This document shows positions 49,202 through 57,973 of a stretch of DNA of 64,000 nucleotides, piece by piece. Numbering within the stretch: position 1 is the stretch's first letter; each line of letters opens with the position of its first letter. A model generated the notes under the pieces. It saw only the letters and a list, made by a program, of their open reading frames with translations. It was not told the origin of the DNA and made no database searches. The translations under genes were made by a program, and so were the position numbers. Source of the stretch: Candidatus Sumerlaeales bacterium (GTDB lineage Bacteria > Sumerlaeota > Sumerlaeia > Sumerlaeales > Sumerlaeaceae); contig JBBSQY010000011.1 in the NCBI GenBank assembly GCA_038243585.1, positions 16,154-80,153 of the forward strand. The letters are read 5' to 3'.

Positions 49202-49623
49202 GGATGCTGATAAAACTGACATCGGATGTGATTGACGTTTCAGAAGCACTTGCCTATGTTCGCGACCCATCGTGCGGAGCTGTTTCTATGTTTGAGGGCA
49301 ATATTCGAGACGAGAATCAGGGTGAGCTGGTGTTGAATCTCGAATATGAGGTGTACGAACAGCTTTTTACAAAAGAAGTTGAACGCATCGCTGCGGAAGC
49401 CAACGAAAAATGGCGCGTTCATGAGATGGCTATTGTGCAGCGGGTGGGTTTGCTGCAGGTGGGTGATACCGGCATCGTTATTTGTGTAAGCAGCGCACAC
49501 CGCCGCGACGCGCTTGAGGGACTTTCGTATATGATCGAAGAGTTCAAAAAGCGAGCGCCGGTCTGGAAAAAAGAGCGTACAGACGGCGGCGATAAATGGA
49601 TAAATTGGGGGCCGCAGATATAA
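49198..49623 (+). CDS. moaE: Molybdopterin synthase catalytic subunit
   Basis: 141 aa with MoaE motifs (GAVSMFEGNIRD, ICVSSAHRRDA, PVWKKE). Confidence 0.8.
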   Translation: MRMLIKLTSDVIDVSEALAYVRDPSCGAVSMFEGNIRDENQGELVLNLEYEVYEQLFTKEVERIAAEANEKWRVHEMAIVQRVGLLQVGDTGIVICVSSAHRRDALEGLSYMIEEFKKRAPVWKKERTDGGDKWINWGPQI

Positions 49624-49759
49624 ATTTCGAACTCGGTTAAGTCGGACAAAGCGGACCACATCGGTACCCATTTTAAAAAGACTTGCTACTGGGCGCCGGT
49701 TGCGCGACAAGTGTTAAAATTCCACTAAAACACTCCGTGGATTTAATGAAAGATTCCTC

Positions 49760-50137
49760 ATGGCCGAAGATATGTTCCACTTGGTAAGCAACCTGAACAC
49801 GGATATTTCTGTTCCCGCGAACGGTAAAACCAGCAAGGTGATTTACCAGGACGAACACCTGAAAGCGGTTTTGTTTGGCTTTGCGCCCGGCGCGGGTTTG
49901 GTTGAACACACTGCACCCATGCCTGGCATCCTGTATTTTGTCAGAGGCGAAGCCGAATTGTCACTGGGCAATCAGCAGAAGGAAGCCTCAGGCGGCCTGT
50001 GGGTTCACATGAACCCGAATCTGCCTCACAGCATCCTGGCTACGACTGAAACAGTAATGCTCCTTTTGATGCTTAAATGTGGAAAACCCTCTGCAAAAGA
50101 ATCAACCCCAGTTGAGTCTGATGAAACTTCAGATTAA
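49760..50137 (+). CDS. Cupin-domain protein
   Basis: A roughly 120 aa small-barrel cupin pattern (G...H.H......YFV.G) with possible metal ligands H-x-H. It lies immediately upstream of the molybdoenzyme operon. Confidence 0.5.
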   Translation: MAEDMFHLVSNLNTDISVPANGKTSKVIYQDEHLKAVLFGFAPGAGLVEHTAPMPGILYFVRGEAELSLGNQQKEASGGLWVHMNPNLPHSILATTETVMLLLMLKCGKPSAKESTPVESDETSD

Positions 50138-50558
50138 GAGTCACAGCATAAGATTCCGAATTACGATGGATGAAATGTTGGAGTTATCGACGCACAGGCA
50201 ACTGGCTTTTGAAACCCATGTCCCCCAAGGCGGAGGCGAAGTCGCCACGCTGCGATATGGTGTTCAATACCTGCCAGATATTGCCGCGTCTGATCTCAAC
50301 TTATTCCCGTTCGGCATGACCCTGGTTTTAAGCGAGACAGACTATACCGATCTTGCTAATCCGTCAAACGAAGGCATATACGTGCGAAGGGAATATGCTG
50401 GAGAAAATGGAAAGCTGATCCGCTTCGTGGCCTATATTGAAAAAGATATGAAAAGCAAAAAAGACAAAAAACAAAAGAAGCATAAGAATCGCAAAGACGC
50501 CTCAGACGCTGCTAACGTGGAAACCCTATTACGACAACCGGAGGTAAACGAACTTTGA
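50079..50558 (+). CDS. Hypothetical protein with Lys-rich C-terminal tail, translationally coupled to the NarI-like gene
   Basis: No recognisable domain. The tail is DMKSKKDKKQKKHKNRKD. Its 3' end overlaps the next gene by 4 nt. An alternative start is the ATG at 50121. Confidence 0.4.
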   Translation: MENPLQKNQPQLSLMKLQIKSHSIRFRITMDEMLELSTHRQLAFETHVPQGGGEVATLRYGVQYLPDIAASDLNLFPFGMTLVLSETDYTDLANPSNEGIYVRREYAGENGKLIRFVAYIEKDMKSKKDKKQKKHKNRKDASDAANVETLLRQPEVNEL

Positions 50559-51664
50559 CTCTTATAAGACGTTTGATACAGCAGCTTCACTGGCCTTCGG
50601 TCTTCTGGGGGCTGCTGGCTATGAGTGTCCTTGCGGTGCTGATATTGGTCGGCAGTCGAAATCTTGCGGATTTTGACGCCGCCCTGGTTGGCTATACGTT
50701 CGCCTGCCTGTTTTGTCTGTTCGGCACAGTATACCGTTACTCTGTCTGGATCAGCAAGCCGCCAACGCGGCGGTATTGGACGCGCGGATGGCAGCTATTA
50801 TTTACCCCGTCCACTTGGCGGATGGGGGCCAGAATCAAACTGCTGCTAAGTGCCATCTGGGGGCGTCTGATATTTCAGTCCTTTGTTCTTAAACGGAGCA
50901 AACGGCGCTGGCTGGGTCACATGTTGCTGGCCTGGGGCAGCATGCTTGGGTTTGCAGTAACATTCCCCCTGGTGTTCGGTTGGATCCACTTTCAGCAAAA
51001 TGCCATTGAACCGGTACAGACCTACAAAGTAATGTTTTTCGGTTTTCAGGTCTCCACCATTCCCCTGACGGGCTTGATAAGCTGGTCGATTTTTCATGCC
51101 CTGGTTATTGCATCGGTCATGGTAATGGCAGGCGTTATGATCGTCATGGTGCGCCGTATGTTCGACATGGGGGCGGTTGCCGTGGAGCGGTTCTCAAGGG
51201 ATTATCTTCCGCTGCTTTTATTGTTTTCGGTCGCGTCGAGCGGGCTGCTGCTCTGGATCAGCTATGAGTGGTTCAACGGGCAGTTCTATAATGCTCTAGC
51301 CACTTTTCACGCTATTACCGTGATTGCGTTCCTGGTTTATCTGCCGTTCGGAAAGCTCTTTCACATCTTCCAGCGTCCCGCCTCCCTAGGGGTTGTCTTC
51401 TACCGGGTGGTGGGCGAGATGGGCAAGCCGGCGGTTTGTCCCGTTACCGGCCAACCGTTTGCGTCCGAACTCCAGACAAACGATCTTAAGCACGTATTGC
51501 CAGAACTGGGGTTTGACTACTCAGCGCAGGTGGCGCCACCATCTACAGTCGAGACTAACCCAATCACCACGCCTGTTCCGGCGTGGAATGAGATTTCTCC
51601 GCAGGGGCGCCGGATCGTTATCGGGCGTGCCCACAACATAGCAAGACGTGGCAAATTTGATTAA
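50555..51664 (+). CDS. NarI-like (nitrate-reductase-gamma superfamily) membrane cytochrome b with C-terminal soluble extension
   Basis: Five predicted TM helices carry conserved His residues (GHMLLAWG, FHALVIAS). The motif YLPFGKLFHIF matches the PFxKLxH signature of NarI, HdrE and DsrM, as I recall it. About 90 aa of cytoplasmic tail are extra relative to NarI. Confidence 0.6.
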   Translation: MTLIRRLIQQLHWPSVFWGLLAMSVLAVLILVGSRNLADFDAALVGYTFACLFCLFGTVYRYSVWISKPPTRRYWTRGWQLLFTPSTWRMGARIKLLLSAIWGRLIFQSFVLKRSKRRWLGHMLLAWGSMLGFAVTFPLVFGWIHFQQNAIEPVQTYKVMFFGFQVSTIPLTGLISWSIFHALVIASVMVMAGVMIVMVRRMFDMGAVAVERFSRDYLPLLLLFSVASSGLLLWISYEWFNGQFYNALATFHAITVIAFLVYLPFGKLFHIFQRPASLGVVFYRVVGEMGKPAVCPVTGQPFASELQTNDLKHVLPELGFDYSAQVAPPSTVETNPITTPVPAWNEISPQGRRIVIGRAHNIARRGKFD

Positions 51665-51675
51665 AGGTTATTAAA

Positions 51676-53940
51676 ATGGCAGACGTTCCAGCGGCAGATC
51701 CTCGACACTTAATAGAGGAATATGGACCTCACATTTCCGATTCTCCGGTTACAGGCTGGAATGACAAACCCATTCCAGATAAACTCGTGGAAACTCATTG
51801 CTGTTTTTGCGGCATGCAGTGCGGTATCAAGCTCGCAGTTTCCGATAATAAGGTTGTGGGTTTTGAACCTTGGGAGGAGTTTCCTTTTAACGAAGGCCGC
51901 CTCTGTCCGAAGGGCGTCAAACGCTACATGCAGACCCACCATCCGGACCGCCTGCTGGACCCGTTGATCCGCACAGATTCCGGTTTCCGCAAGGCAACAT
52001 GGGACGAGGCGCTGGATCTGATCGTGTCCAAGATTCAGGACATTCAGAAGCGCCTCGGCCATGACGCCGTCGGCATGATGAGTGGTGTGTCCTTATCCAA
52101 TGAAAAGTCTTACCTGGTTGGCAAATTCGCTCGTCTGGGACTGCAGACGAAGCAACTGGATTACAATGGACGTTTCTGCATGGTATCGGCGGGAGCGGGA
52201 AACAAAAAAGCCTTTGGCATTGATCGCGCGGCCAACACCTGGCAGGACATTCCGGAGGCAGAGGTGCTGTTTGTTGCCGGCTCCAATGTCAGCGAATGCT
52301 TTCCGACCCTAATGCATTATATCTGGAAAGCCCGTGACCGCGGCGCCCAGGTTATCGTAGTCGATCCCCGCCTGACCCCTATATCGCGCACCGCAGAATA
52401 TCACCTGGCTTTGCGTCCGGGCACAGACAGCGCTCTTTACCAGGCGCTCCTTCATGAACTAATTCGCAACAACTGGCTGGATCACGAGTTCATCGCGGAA
52501 TGCTGCACCGGTTGGGAAGAATTGCGTACTTCTGTTGAAACCTGTACGCCTGAATGGGCCGGTGAAATTTGCGGTCTCGATCCCGATCTCATTCGTCGCG
52601 TTGCCGAAGTCTGGGGCAAGGCGAAAACCAGTTTCCTGATGCACGCCCGTGGCATCGAACAACACACAAAGGGCACCGACAACGTGCTCGGCTGCATCAA
52701 CCTGGTACTCGCCACCGGACGTATCGGGCGCAAGGGCTGCGGCTATGGTACAATCACCGGCCAGGGTAATGGCCAGGGCGGGCGCGAGCACGGGCATAAA
52801 TGCGATCAGCTTCCGGGTAACCGCGACATCGAAAACCCGGAGCATCGCGCCCACATCTGCAAGGTATGGGACATCACAGACGAGCAGTTGCCCCACAAAG
52901 GCGTCACCGCTGTGGAAATGTTTGAACAGGCCCACGACGGTGAGCTGGCAGCGATGATCAACATCTGTTGTAATCCCATCGTCAGCCATCCCGACACCAA
53001 TTATCTTCGTGAGGCCCTTGAACGGCTGGAGTTCTTTGTCGTCATCGACTTCTTCATGAGCGAGACGGCGCGCTATGCGGATGTGATTTTGCCGGGCTCT
53101 CTTCATGAGGAAGAAGAAGGCACATCCACCAGCGCGGAGGCGCGAGTAATTCGCATACGCGCGGCGGTTACGCCACCCGCCAATGCACGGTCCGACAGTT
53201 GGATCTTGATAGAAATAGCGCGCCGGCTGGGTCAGGGTAAATACTTCCCTTACGGAAACACTCAGGAAATTTTTGAAGAACTCCGCCTGGCCAGCTCCGG
53301 TGGCACCGCCGACTACGCGGGGATCACCTGGGAACGCATCGAACGGGAAATGGGCGTATTCTGGCCCTGCCCTACAGTGGATCACCCCGGCACGCCCCGC
53401 CTTTTCGAGGATCGGAAAAGCTACCACGCCGACGGCAAGTTTCACCTCTACCCGACGCCGTACCGTCTGAGCGCGGAAGTGCCGGATGCGGAGTACCCCA
53501 TCTACTATACCAGCGGCCGCAGCGTGTTTCATTATCTTAGCGGCACCCAAACTCGGCGCATCAAGTTTCTAGTCGATCAATGCCCGGGCCCCACCTGTGA
53601 GATGCACCCGGAACTTGCCACGGCCCTGGGACTCGTGGACAGGCAACTGGTCACGGTAGAATCGCGGCGCGGCAAGCTGACAGTTCCGCTGGAGGTCGTC
53701 GACACTATTCGTCATGACACCGTATTCGTCCCGTATCACTGGGCCGAACGCCTGGCGGCGAATCAGATCACCATTCGCGCTCTGGACCCCATCAGCAAAA
53801 TGCCCGAGTTTAAGGTAGCAGCCTGCCGGGTTCGGCCGGCCACGCCAGAGGAAGCACAGCAGCTGCGTGTGGACTATGGCGACCTTAGACTACTGGCCAC
53901 TTCAAAAGACGCTTCGCCTAGAGGAGAAAACCGACCATGA
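51676..53940 (+). CDS. Molybdopterin (bis-MGD) oxidoreductase catalytic subunit, NasA/NarB-like assimilatory-nitrate-reductase family, no Tat signal
   Basis: N-terminal 4Fe-4S motif C-x2-C-x3-C...C-P-K-G (HCCFCGMQCGIKL...RLCPKG). The 754 aa length matches NarB/NasC-type enzymes. No twin-arginine leader is present. Confidence 0.75.
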   Translation: MADVPAADPRHLIEEYGPHISDSPVTGWNDKPIPDKLVETHCCFCGMQCGIKLAVSDNKVVGFEPWEEFPFNEGRLCPKGVKRYMQTHHPDRLLDPLIRTDSGFRKATWDEALDLIVSKIQDIQKRLGHDAVGMMSGVSLSNEKSYLVGKFARLGLQTKQLDYNGRFCMVSAGAGNKKAFGIDRAANTWQDIPEAEVLFVAGSNVSECFPTLMHYIWKARDRGAQVIVVDPRLTPISRTAEYHLALRPGTDSALYQALLHELIRNNWLDHEFIAECCTGWEELRTSVETCTPEWAGEICGLDPDLIRRVAEVWGKAKTSFLMHARGIEQHTKGTDNVLGCINLVLATGRIGRKGCGYGTITGQGNGQGGREHGHKCDQLPGNRDIENPEHRAHICKVWDITDEQLPHKGVTAVEMFEQAHDGELAAMINICCNPIVSHPDTNYLREALERLEFFVVIDFFMSETARYADVILPGSLHEEEEGTSTSAEARVIRIRAAVTPPANARSDSWILIEIARRLGQGKYFPYGNTQEIFEELRLASSGGTADYAGITWERIEREMGVFWPCPTVDHPGTPRLFEDRKSYHADGKFHLYPTPYRLSAEVPDAEYPIYYTSGRSVFHYLSGTQTRRIKFLVDQCPGPTCEMHPELATALGLVDRQLVTVESRRGKLTVPLEVVDTIRHDTVFVPYHWAERLAANQITIRALDPISKMPEFKVAACRVRPATPEEAQQLRVDYGDLRLLATSKDASPRGENRP

Positions 53941-54674
53941 CTGTCGTAATACAGGATATGTTCATTGATTTTCAACGGTGTATCGGATGCATGGCCTGCG
54001 TGGCCGCATGCTCCGAATGCCACACCCACCGCGGCAACTCTATGATCCACGTGGATGAGGTTGATCCAGGTCACAGCACTCAGACCGTACCCATGATCTG
54101 CATGCACTGTAAGGTGCCCACCTGCGCCATGAGTTGCCCTGCGGACGCTATTAAAATGGACGAGCAGGGTATTGTGCATTCTTCGCTGAAGCCCCGGTGC
54201 ATCGCTTGCCGCAACTGTGAACTCACCTGCCCGTTTGGCGTGCCCATCATTCAAGAGGACATCCAGCAGATGCAGAAGTGTGACATGTGTTATGATCGCA
54301 CCAGCGCGGGCAAAAAACCTATGTGCGCCACGGTTTGTCCAACCGGTGCCATATCCTATGGTAACGTGGAAGATATGAAACGGAACCGCCCTCACTCCAA
54401 GCCGATAAATCAGTGGCGGTTTGGAAAGCAACTGGTTGAGACGCGAGTTTACGTGATGGTACCGCATGACATTGACGAGATGCTCGTTGATTGGCCGGAG
54501 ATGTTAAAGGGTGCACAGGGCCCGGTGGACCTTGCTGTTCAACTGCGTGACCGATTTATCCAAATGGGAAAACTTCCGACGGAAGTTCCTCTCGGGCCTG
54601 TAGCGGCGACACCAAACCAGATTCCCGAAAATCTCCAACCAACAACGGTACCAGGGGGGCCTGAATTCTTATGA
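53937..54674 (+). CDS. Four-cluster [4Fe-4S] ferredoxin subunit (DmsB/NarH/HybA-like)
   Basis: Four Cys clusters: CIGCMACVAAC, CMHCKVPTCAMSCP, CIACRNCELTCP and CDMCYDR...CATVCP. ATGA overlaps with both neighbours. Confidence 0.75.
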   Translation: MTVVIQDMFIDFQRCIGCMACVAACSECHTHRGNSMIHVDEVDPGHSTQTVPMICMHCKVPTCAMSCPADAIKMDEQGIVHSSLKPRCIACRNCELTCPFGVPIIQEDIQQMQKCDMCYDRTSAGKKPMCATVCPTGAISYGNVEDMKRNRPHSKPINQWRFGKQLVETRVYVMVPHDIDEMLVDWPEMLKGAQGPVDLAVQLRDRFIQMGKLPTEVPLGPVAATPNQIPENLQPTTVPGGPEFL

Positions 54675-55219
54675 GCCAGTCGAACTATCCGCAAAATCCT
54701 CTCCCGCCAAAATGGCGTGAAGATTTTCCCTATGAAACCGAAGGTGACGACTTTATCACCCGCCGCGACTTCACCCGTTTTCTTTGCATCATCAGCGCGG
54801 GTTTCGCTACCGGCAATGCGTGGATTCTGGGGAAGTCCCTCGTGGATAAAAAGCATAAGACGCCTGTTGTCGCTGTCTGCAAAACAGGCGATCTGCAACC
54901 GGGCAAATGGATGGTTTTTAAGTATCCCGATGATATAACACCCGCCATGCTTATCCGGCGCCTCAACGGAGACTTCATCGCCTATATGCAGAAGTGCACC
55001 CATCTCGCCTGCCCTGTTGCTTACGAGCAGGATCGTGACGGCGGCGGTGAAGGATTATCCTGTCATTGTCATAATGGACATTTCGATATTAACACCGGTG
55101 AAGGAATCGCGGGGCCACCGAAAGGGCTTCGGCCACTGCCGCGTATTAAGCTGGAATTTAAGGGTGACCAGATACTCGCTGTCGGATTCGATTATCATAG
55201 AGGGATTGGCCGCTCATGA
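54671..55219 (+). CDS. Rieske [2Fe-2S] protein of the high-potential (bc1/arsenite-oxidase AioB) type with Tat-like N-terminal membrane anchor
   Basis: Box I CTHLAC (C-x-H-x2-C) and box II CHCH (C-x-C-H) include the disulfide cysteines. The N-terminus TRRDFTRFLCIISAGFATGNAWILG resembles an uncleaved twin-arginine signal and anchor. Confidence 0.7.
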   Translation: MSQSNYPQNPLPPKWREDFPYETEGDDFITRRDFTRFLCIISAGFATGNAWILGKSLVDKKHKTPVVAVCKTGDLQPGKWMVFKYPDDITPAMLIRRLNGDFIAYMQKCTHLACPVAYEQDRDGGGEGLSCHCHNGHFDINTGEGIAGPPKGLRPLPRIKLEFKGDQILAVGFDYHRGIGRS

Positions 55220-55647
55220 AAAAAACGGCTCCCGAAACCTGGGTCGACACATCTCCTATTCCACCAACAAAAATTGTACCGACCCCTGATTTTCCGAAAC
55301 GTGCCGGAGTCGCAGCGACCGGCACCGCCATACTTATTTTCGTAGCCATGTTTTGTGTGTTTCAGTACTGGCTGCTTACAGCGACTTTAGAAGCATACCA
55401 CGCGGGTGACGACGACCTGCCGCTGGGCGCGTTCCTGGCATCAGTGGGTTGCTTTGTGATGGCTGTGGCACTCACCCTGATGGGAGAAATCGCGCTGATG
55501 AAACAGCAGGATTATCTTCGAAAAAATACGGCTGTGCCTGTGAAAATCCACGCGTATGAGCCCCCGGTTAACCGCGCTGGACCAAGCGGCGCTCCCTCAC
55601 CGAGTCAAACGATGACTACGGAAGCAGGCGGCGGCGACTCCGGCTGA
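55216..55647 (+). CDS. Small two-TM membrane protein of unknown function in the molybdoenzyme operon
   Basis: Two hydrophobic helices (AILIFVAMFCVFQYWLL, ASVGCFVMAVALTLMGEIAL). ATGA overlap with the Rieske gene. No known motif. Confidence 0.4.
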   Translation: MKKTAPETWVDTSPIPPTKIVPTPDFPKRAGVAATGTAILIFVAMFCVFQYWLLTATLEAYHAGDDDLPLGAFLASVGCFVMAVALTLMGEIALMKQQDYLRKNTAVPVKIHAYEPPVNRAGPSGAPSPSQTMTTEAGGGDSG

Positions 55648-55707
55648 TTAGCCACACCTGTAGTCTATTTCGCCACTGCCGCAATTATAGAAAGCCGTTC
55701 CCCCTCC

Positions 55708-57318
55708 ATGAAGGATCAAACTAAAGCCACCGTTGTTCTCACCGCGAACACTATAGCATTCGCCATCTGCTTTGCCTGTTGGATGATGAATGCTGTGCTC
55801 GTAACGTTCCTATCTACCAACGGCGTATTCGACTGGACTTCTGGTCAGGTAGGAATGCTGCTGGCCACTCCGGTGCTTACGGGCTCATTATTGCGGTTGC
55901 CCGTTGGAATGATGACCGACCGATTCGGAGGACGCGTCGTTTACACTGTACTGATGCTCCTGGCGGCGGCGGCGCTGTTTCTTAATTCCTATGCGAATTC
56001 CTACACACAGTTTCTGATTGCGGCGCTGGGTTTCGGCATTTCCGGAGCGTCCTTTGCCGTGGGCGTAGCTTATACCTCCGTATGGTTTCCGAAAGAACGT
56101 CAAGGCACCGCACTGGGCATATTTGGAATGGGAAACGCAGGGACGGCGTTGACACTGATGCTTGCTCCCACACTTCTGAAGATGCTGACCGACGGTGGAG
56201 CAAACCTGGATGGCTGGCGGAATCTGCCTCGGGTCTACGCGGTAATTCTTGTAATTACGGCGGTCATCTTTTACTTTGTGACATTTGCCAAAAAGCCTGC
56301 TGCAGTTAACCGCACAATGAGGCAACGCCTCGCTCCGCTGGGTCAGGTGCGCGTTTGGAGATTCGGGTTGTACTATGCCCTGTTGTTTGGCGGCTTTGTT
56401 GCCTTATCCAACTGGCTGGTCCCCTATTACGTGAAAGCTTACGGTCTTACCCTGGCTGCCGCCGGGCTGTACGCCACCATTTTTTCGTTACCGTCAGGCT
56501 TGTTTAGAGCGGTAGGCGGATGGCTCAGCGACCGGCTGGGCGCAAGGATGGTTATGCACGGTGTTCTCGCCACTGTCGCTCTCATCACTTTTGCATTATT
56601 CTTTCCAAAGATGGACATCATAACACCGGGCGAGGGAATCCTCGCAAAATTTCCAGGAATTGTAGTTTCTCGAACCGATACCGAAATTTCCGTAAAGCGA
56701 GATAAGTCTGATAAGGTTGATACATATCAACTAAGCGGTAAAGCGCCCAAAGGCGTGACAGAGTCTTCCGGTGCTGAAAGAGACCAGAAATTTACGCTTA
56801 TCCCAAAGACGGACAGTTGGCAGGAATGGGTTGGCAAAAGTAGCATGGGGCCAGACGGGACGATTAAGTACGAGCGCTTTAAGACCGGGGATAAAATAGC
56901 CCAGCGGGAACTGCTTGCCAAGGGTTCGACCCATATTTATTTTCAGGCAAACGTATACATCTTCACGCTGCTGGTCTTGTTGCTCGGCATGGCCATGGGA
57001 ATTGGAATGGCAGCTGTTTACAAACACATCCCCACGTATTTCCCCGATGATGTTGGCATAGTCGGCGGGCTGGTCGGAGTCATTGGCGGTCTCGGGGGAT
57101 TTGTGCTTCCGATAATCTTTGGCTGGTTGCTCTCGACCACAGGTATCTGGACGACATGCTGGGTGTTTCTCTTTCTTATTACTGTCGGGTGTCTGTTGTG
57201 GATGCGGCTGGTGCTCCGTTCAGCGGTTAATGAGTCGGCACCTCATCTGAAAGAGCATTTTGATAAGCAAGAAATCACAGGATCGTATAATATGGCATCG
57301 CGCGCTGCAGAAAAATAA
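55708..57318 (+). CDS. narK: MFS nitrate/nitrite porter (NarK/NNP family) with an unusually large insertion in the central loop
   Basis: Two copies of the NNP signature G-x3-D-R-x-G-x-R (MMTDRFGGRVVY, WLSDRLGARMV) and 12 TM helices. About 110 extra residues of hydrophilic sequence lie between the halves (residues about 300-410). Confidence 0.7.
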   Translation: MKDQTKATVVLTANTIAFAICFACWMMNAVLVTFLSTNGVFDWTSGQVGMLLATPVLTGSLLRLPVGMMTDRFGGRVVYTVLMLLAAAALFLNSYANSYTQFLIAALGFGISGASFAVGVAYTSVWFPKERQGTALGIFGMGNAGTALTLMLAPTLLKMLTDGGANLDGWRNLPRVYAVILVITAVIFYFVTFAKKPAAVNRTMRQRLAPLGQVRVWRFGLYYALLFGGFVALSNWLVPYYVKAYGLTLAAAGLYATIFSLPSGLFRAVGGWLSDRLGARMVMHGVLATVALITFALFFPKMDIITPGEGILAKFPGIVVSRTDTEISVKRDKSDKVDTYQLSGKAPKGVTESSGAERDQKFTLIPKTDSWQEWVGKSSMGPDGTIKYERFKTGDKIAQRELLAKGSTHIYFQANVYIFTLLVLLLGMAMGIGMAAVYKHIPTYFPDDVGIVGGLVGVIGGLGGFVLPIIFGWLLSTTGIWTTCWVFLFLITVGCLLWMRLVLRSAVNESAPHLKEHFDKQEITGSYNMASRAAEK

Positions 57319-57355
57319 TGCGATCCAGGTCGCAGAGAGCAGTCCGCGCCCTCCC

Positions 57356-57973
57356 ATGATTGTTGCCATAATGGTTGGCGGAAAAAGCCGAAGAATGGGG
57401 CGAGACAAGGCGGCGATAGAACTGGACGGAATGAGCCTGCTTGACCGGGTTGCCAGTGCCGCTTCAGATGCGGGGCACCCAGTGCTTGTAGTGGGACGGA
57501 ATACTTCGAACAGGCCTGTGCCTGTCCCATCTCAATGGGAAACCATCGCCGATGATAAACCAGACCAAGGCCCCCTGGGAGGGCTGGCCACAGCGCTGCG
57601 CTATGCCTGTGGAAGCAGTGTGCTACTCTGCGCAACGGATACCCCCGCGATTGAACCTCAAGCCTTTCGATGGTTAGCCGCTCAGGCGGCGGCATATGGT
57701 AGTTCGGAATATGACGGGGTTGTGGCGACTTGGGAAGGAAAGCCGGAACCTCTATTTGCGGTTTACTTTTCGTCAGTTCTCCCAATGGTTAATCGACGAA
57801 TGACCTGTAAGCAGCTTTCGATGCAGGGTTTGATTGAAGCGGGAAATTTTAAGCTGATCGAATTACCAAAGGTTCACGCTGGGGCCGTTGCCGACGTAGA
57901 CTCTCCCGGAGATCTTTCAAACATTATGTTTCTGCGGCAGCAAGCGGTGGTAAAGACGCCGACATATGACTGA
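57356..57973 (+). CDS. mobA: Molybdenum cofactor guanylyltransferase
   Basis: MobA N-terminal motif IMVGGKSRRMGRDKA...LDG and overall length of about 205 aa from the ATG at 57356. The 237 aa ORF-track start at 57260 overlaps narK and is unlikely. Confidence 0.7.
   Translation: MIVAIMVGGKSRRMGRDKAAIELDGMSLLDRVASAASDAGHPVLVVGRNTSNRPVPVPSQWETIADDKPDQGPLGGLATALRYACGSSVLLCATDTPAIEPQAFRWLAAQAAAYGSSEYDGVVATWEGKPEPLFAVYFSSVLPMVNRRMTCKQLSMQGLIEAGNFKLIELPKVHAGAVADVDSPGDLSNIMFLRQQAVVKTPTYD

Noticed and set aside
52459-53550. 363 aa minus-strand ORF inside the molybdopterin oxidoreductase gene
   Set aside because: Antisense to a CDS with clear Fe-S/Moco motifs. It is a compositional artefact.
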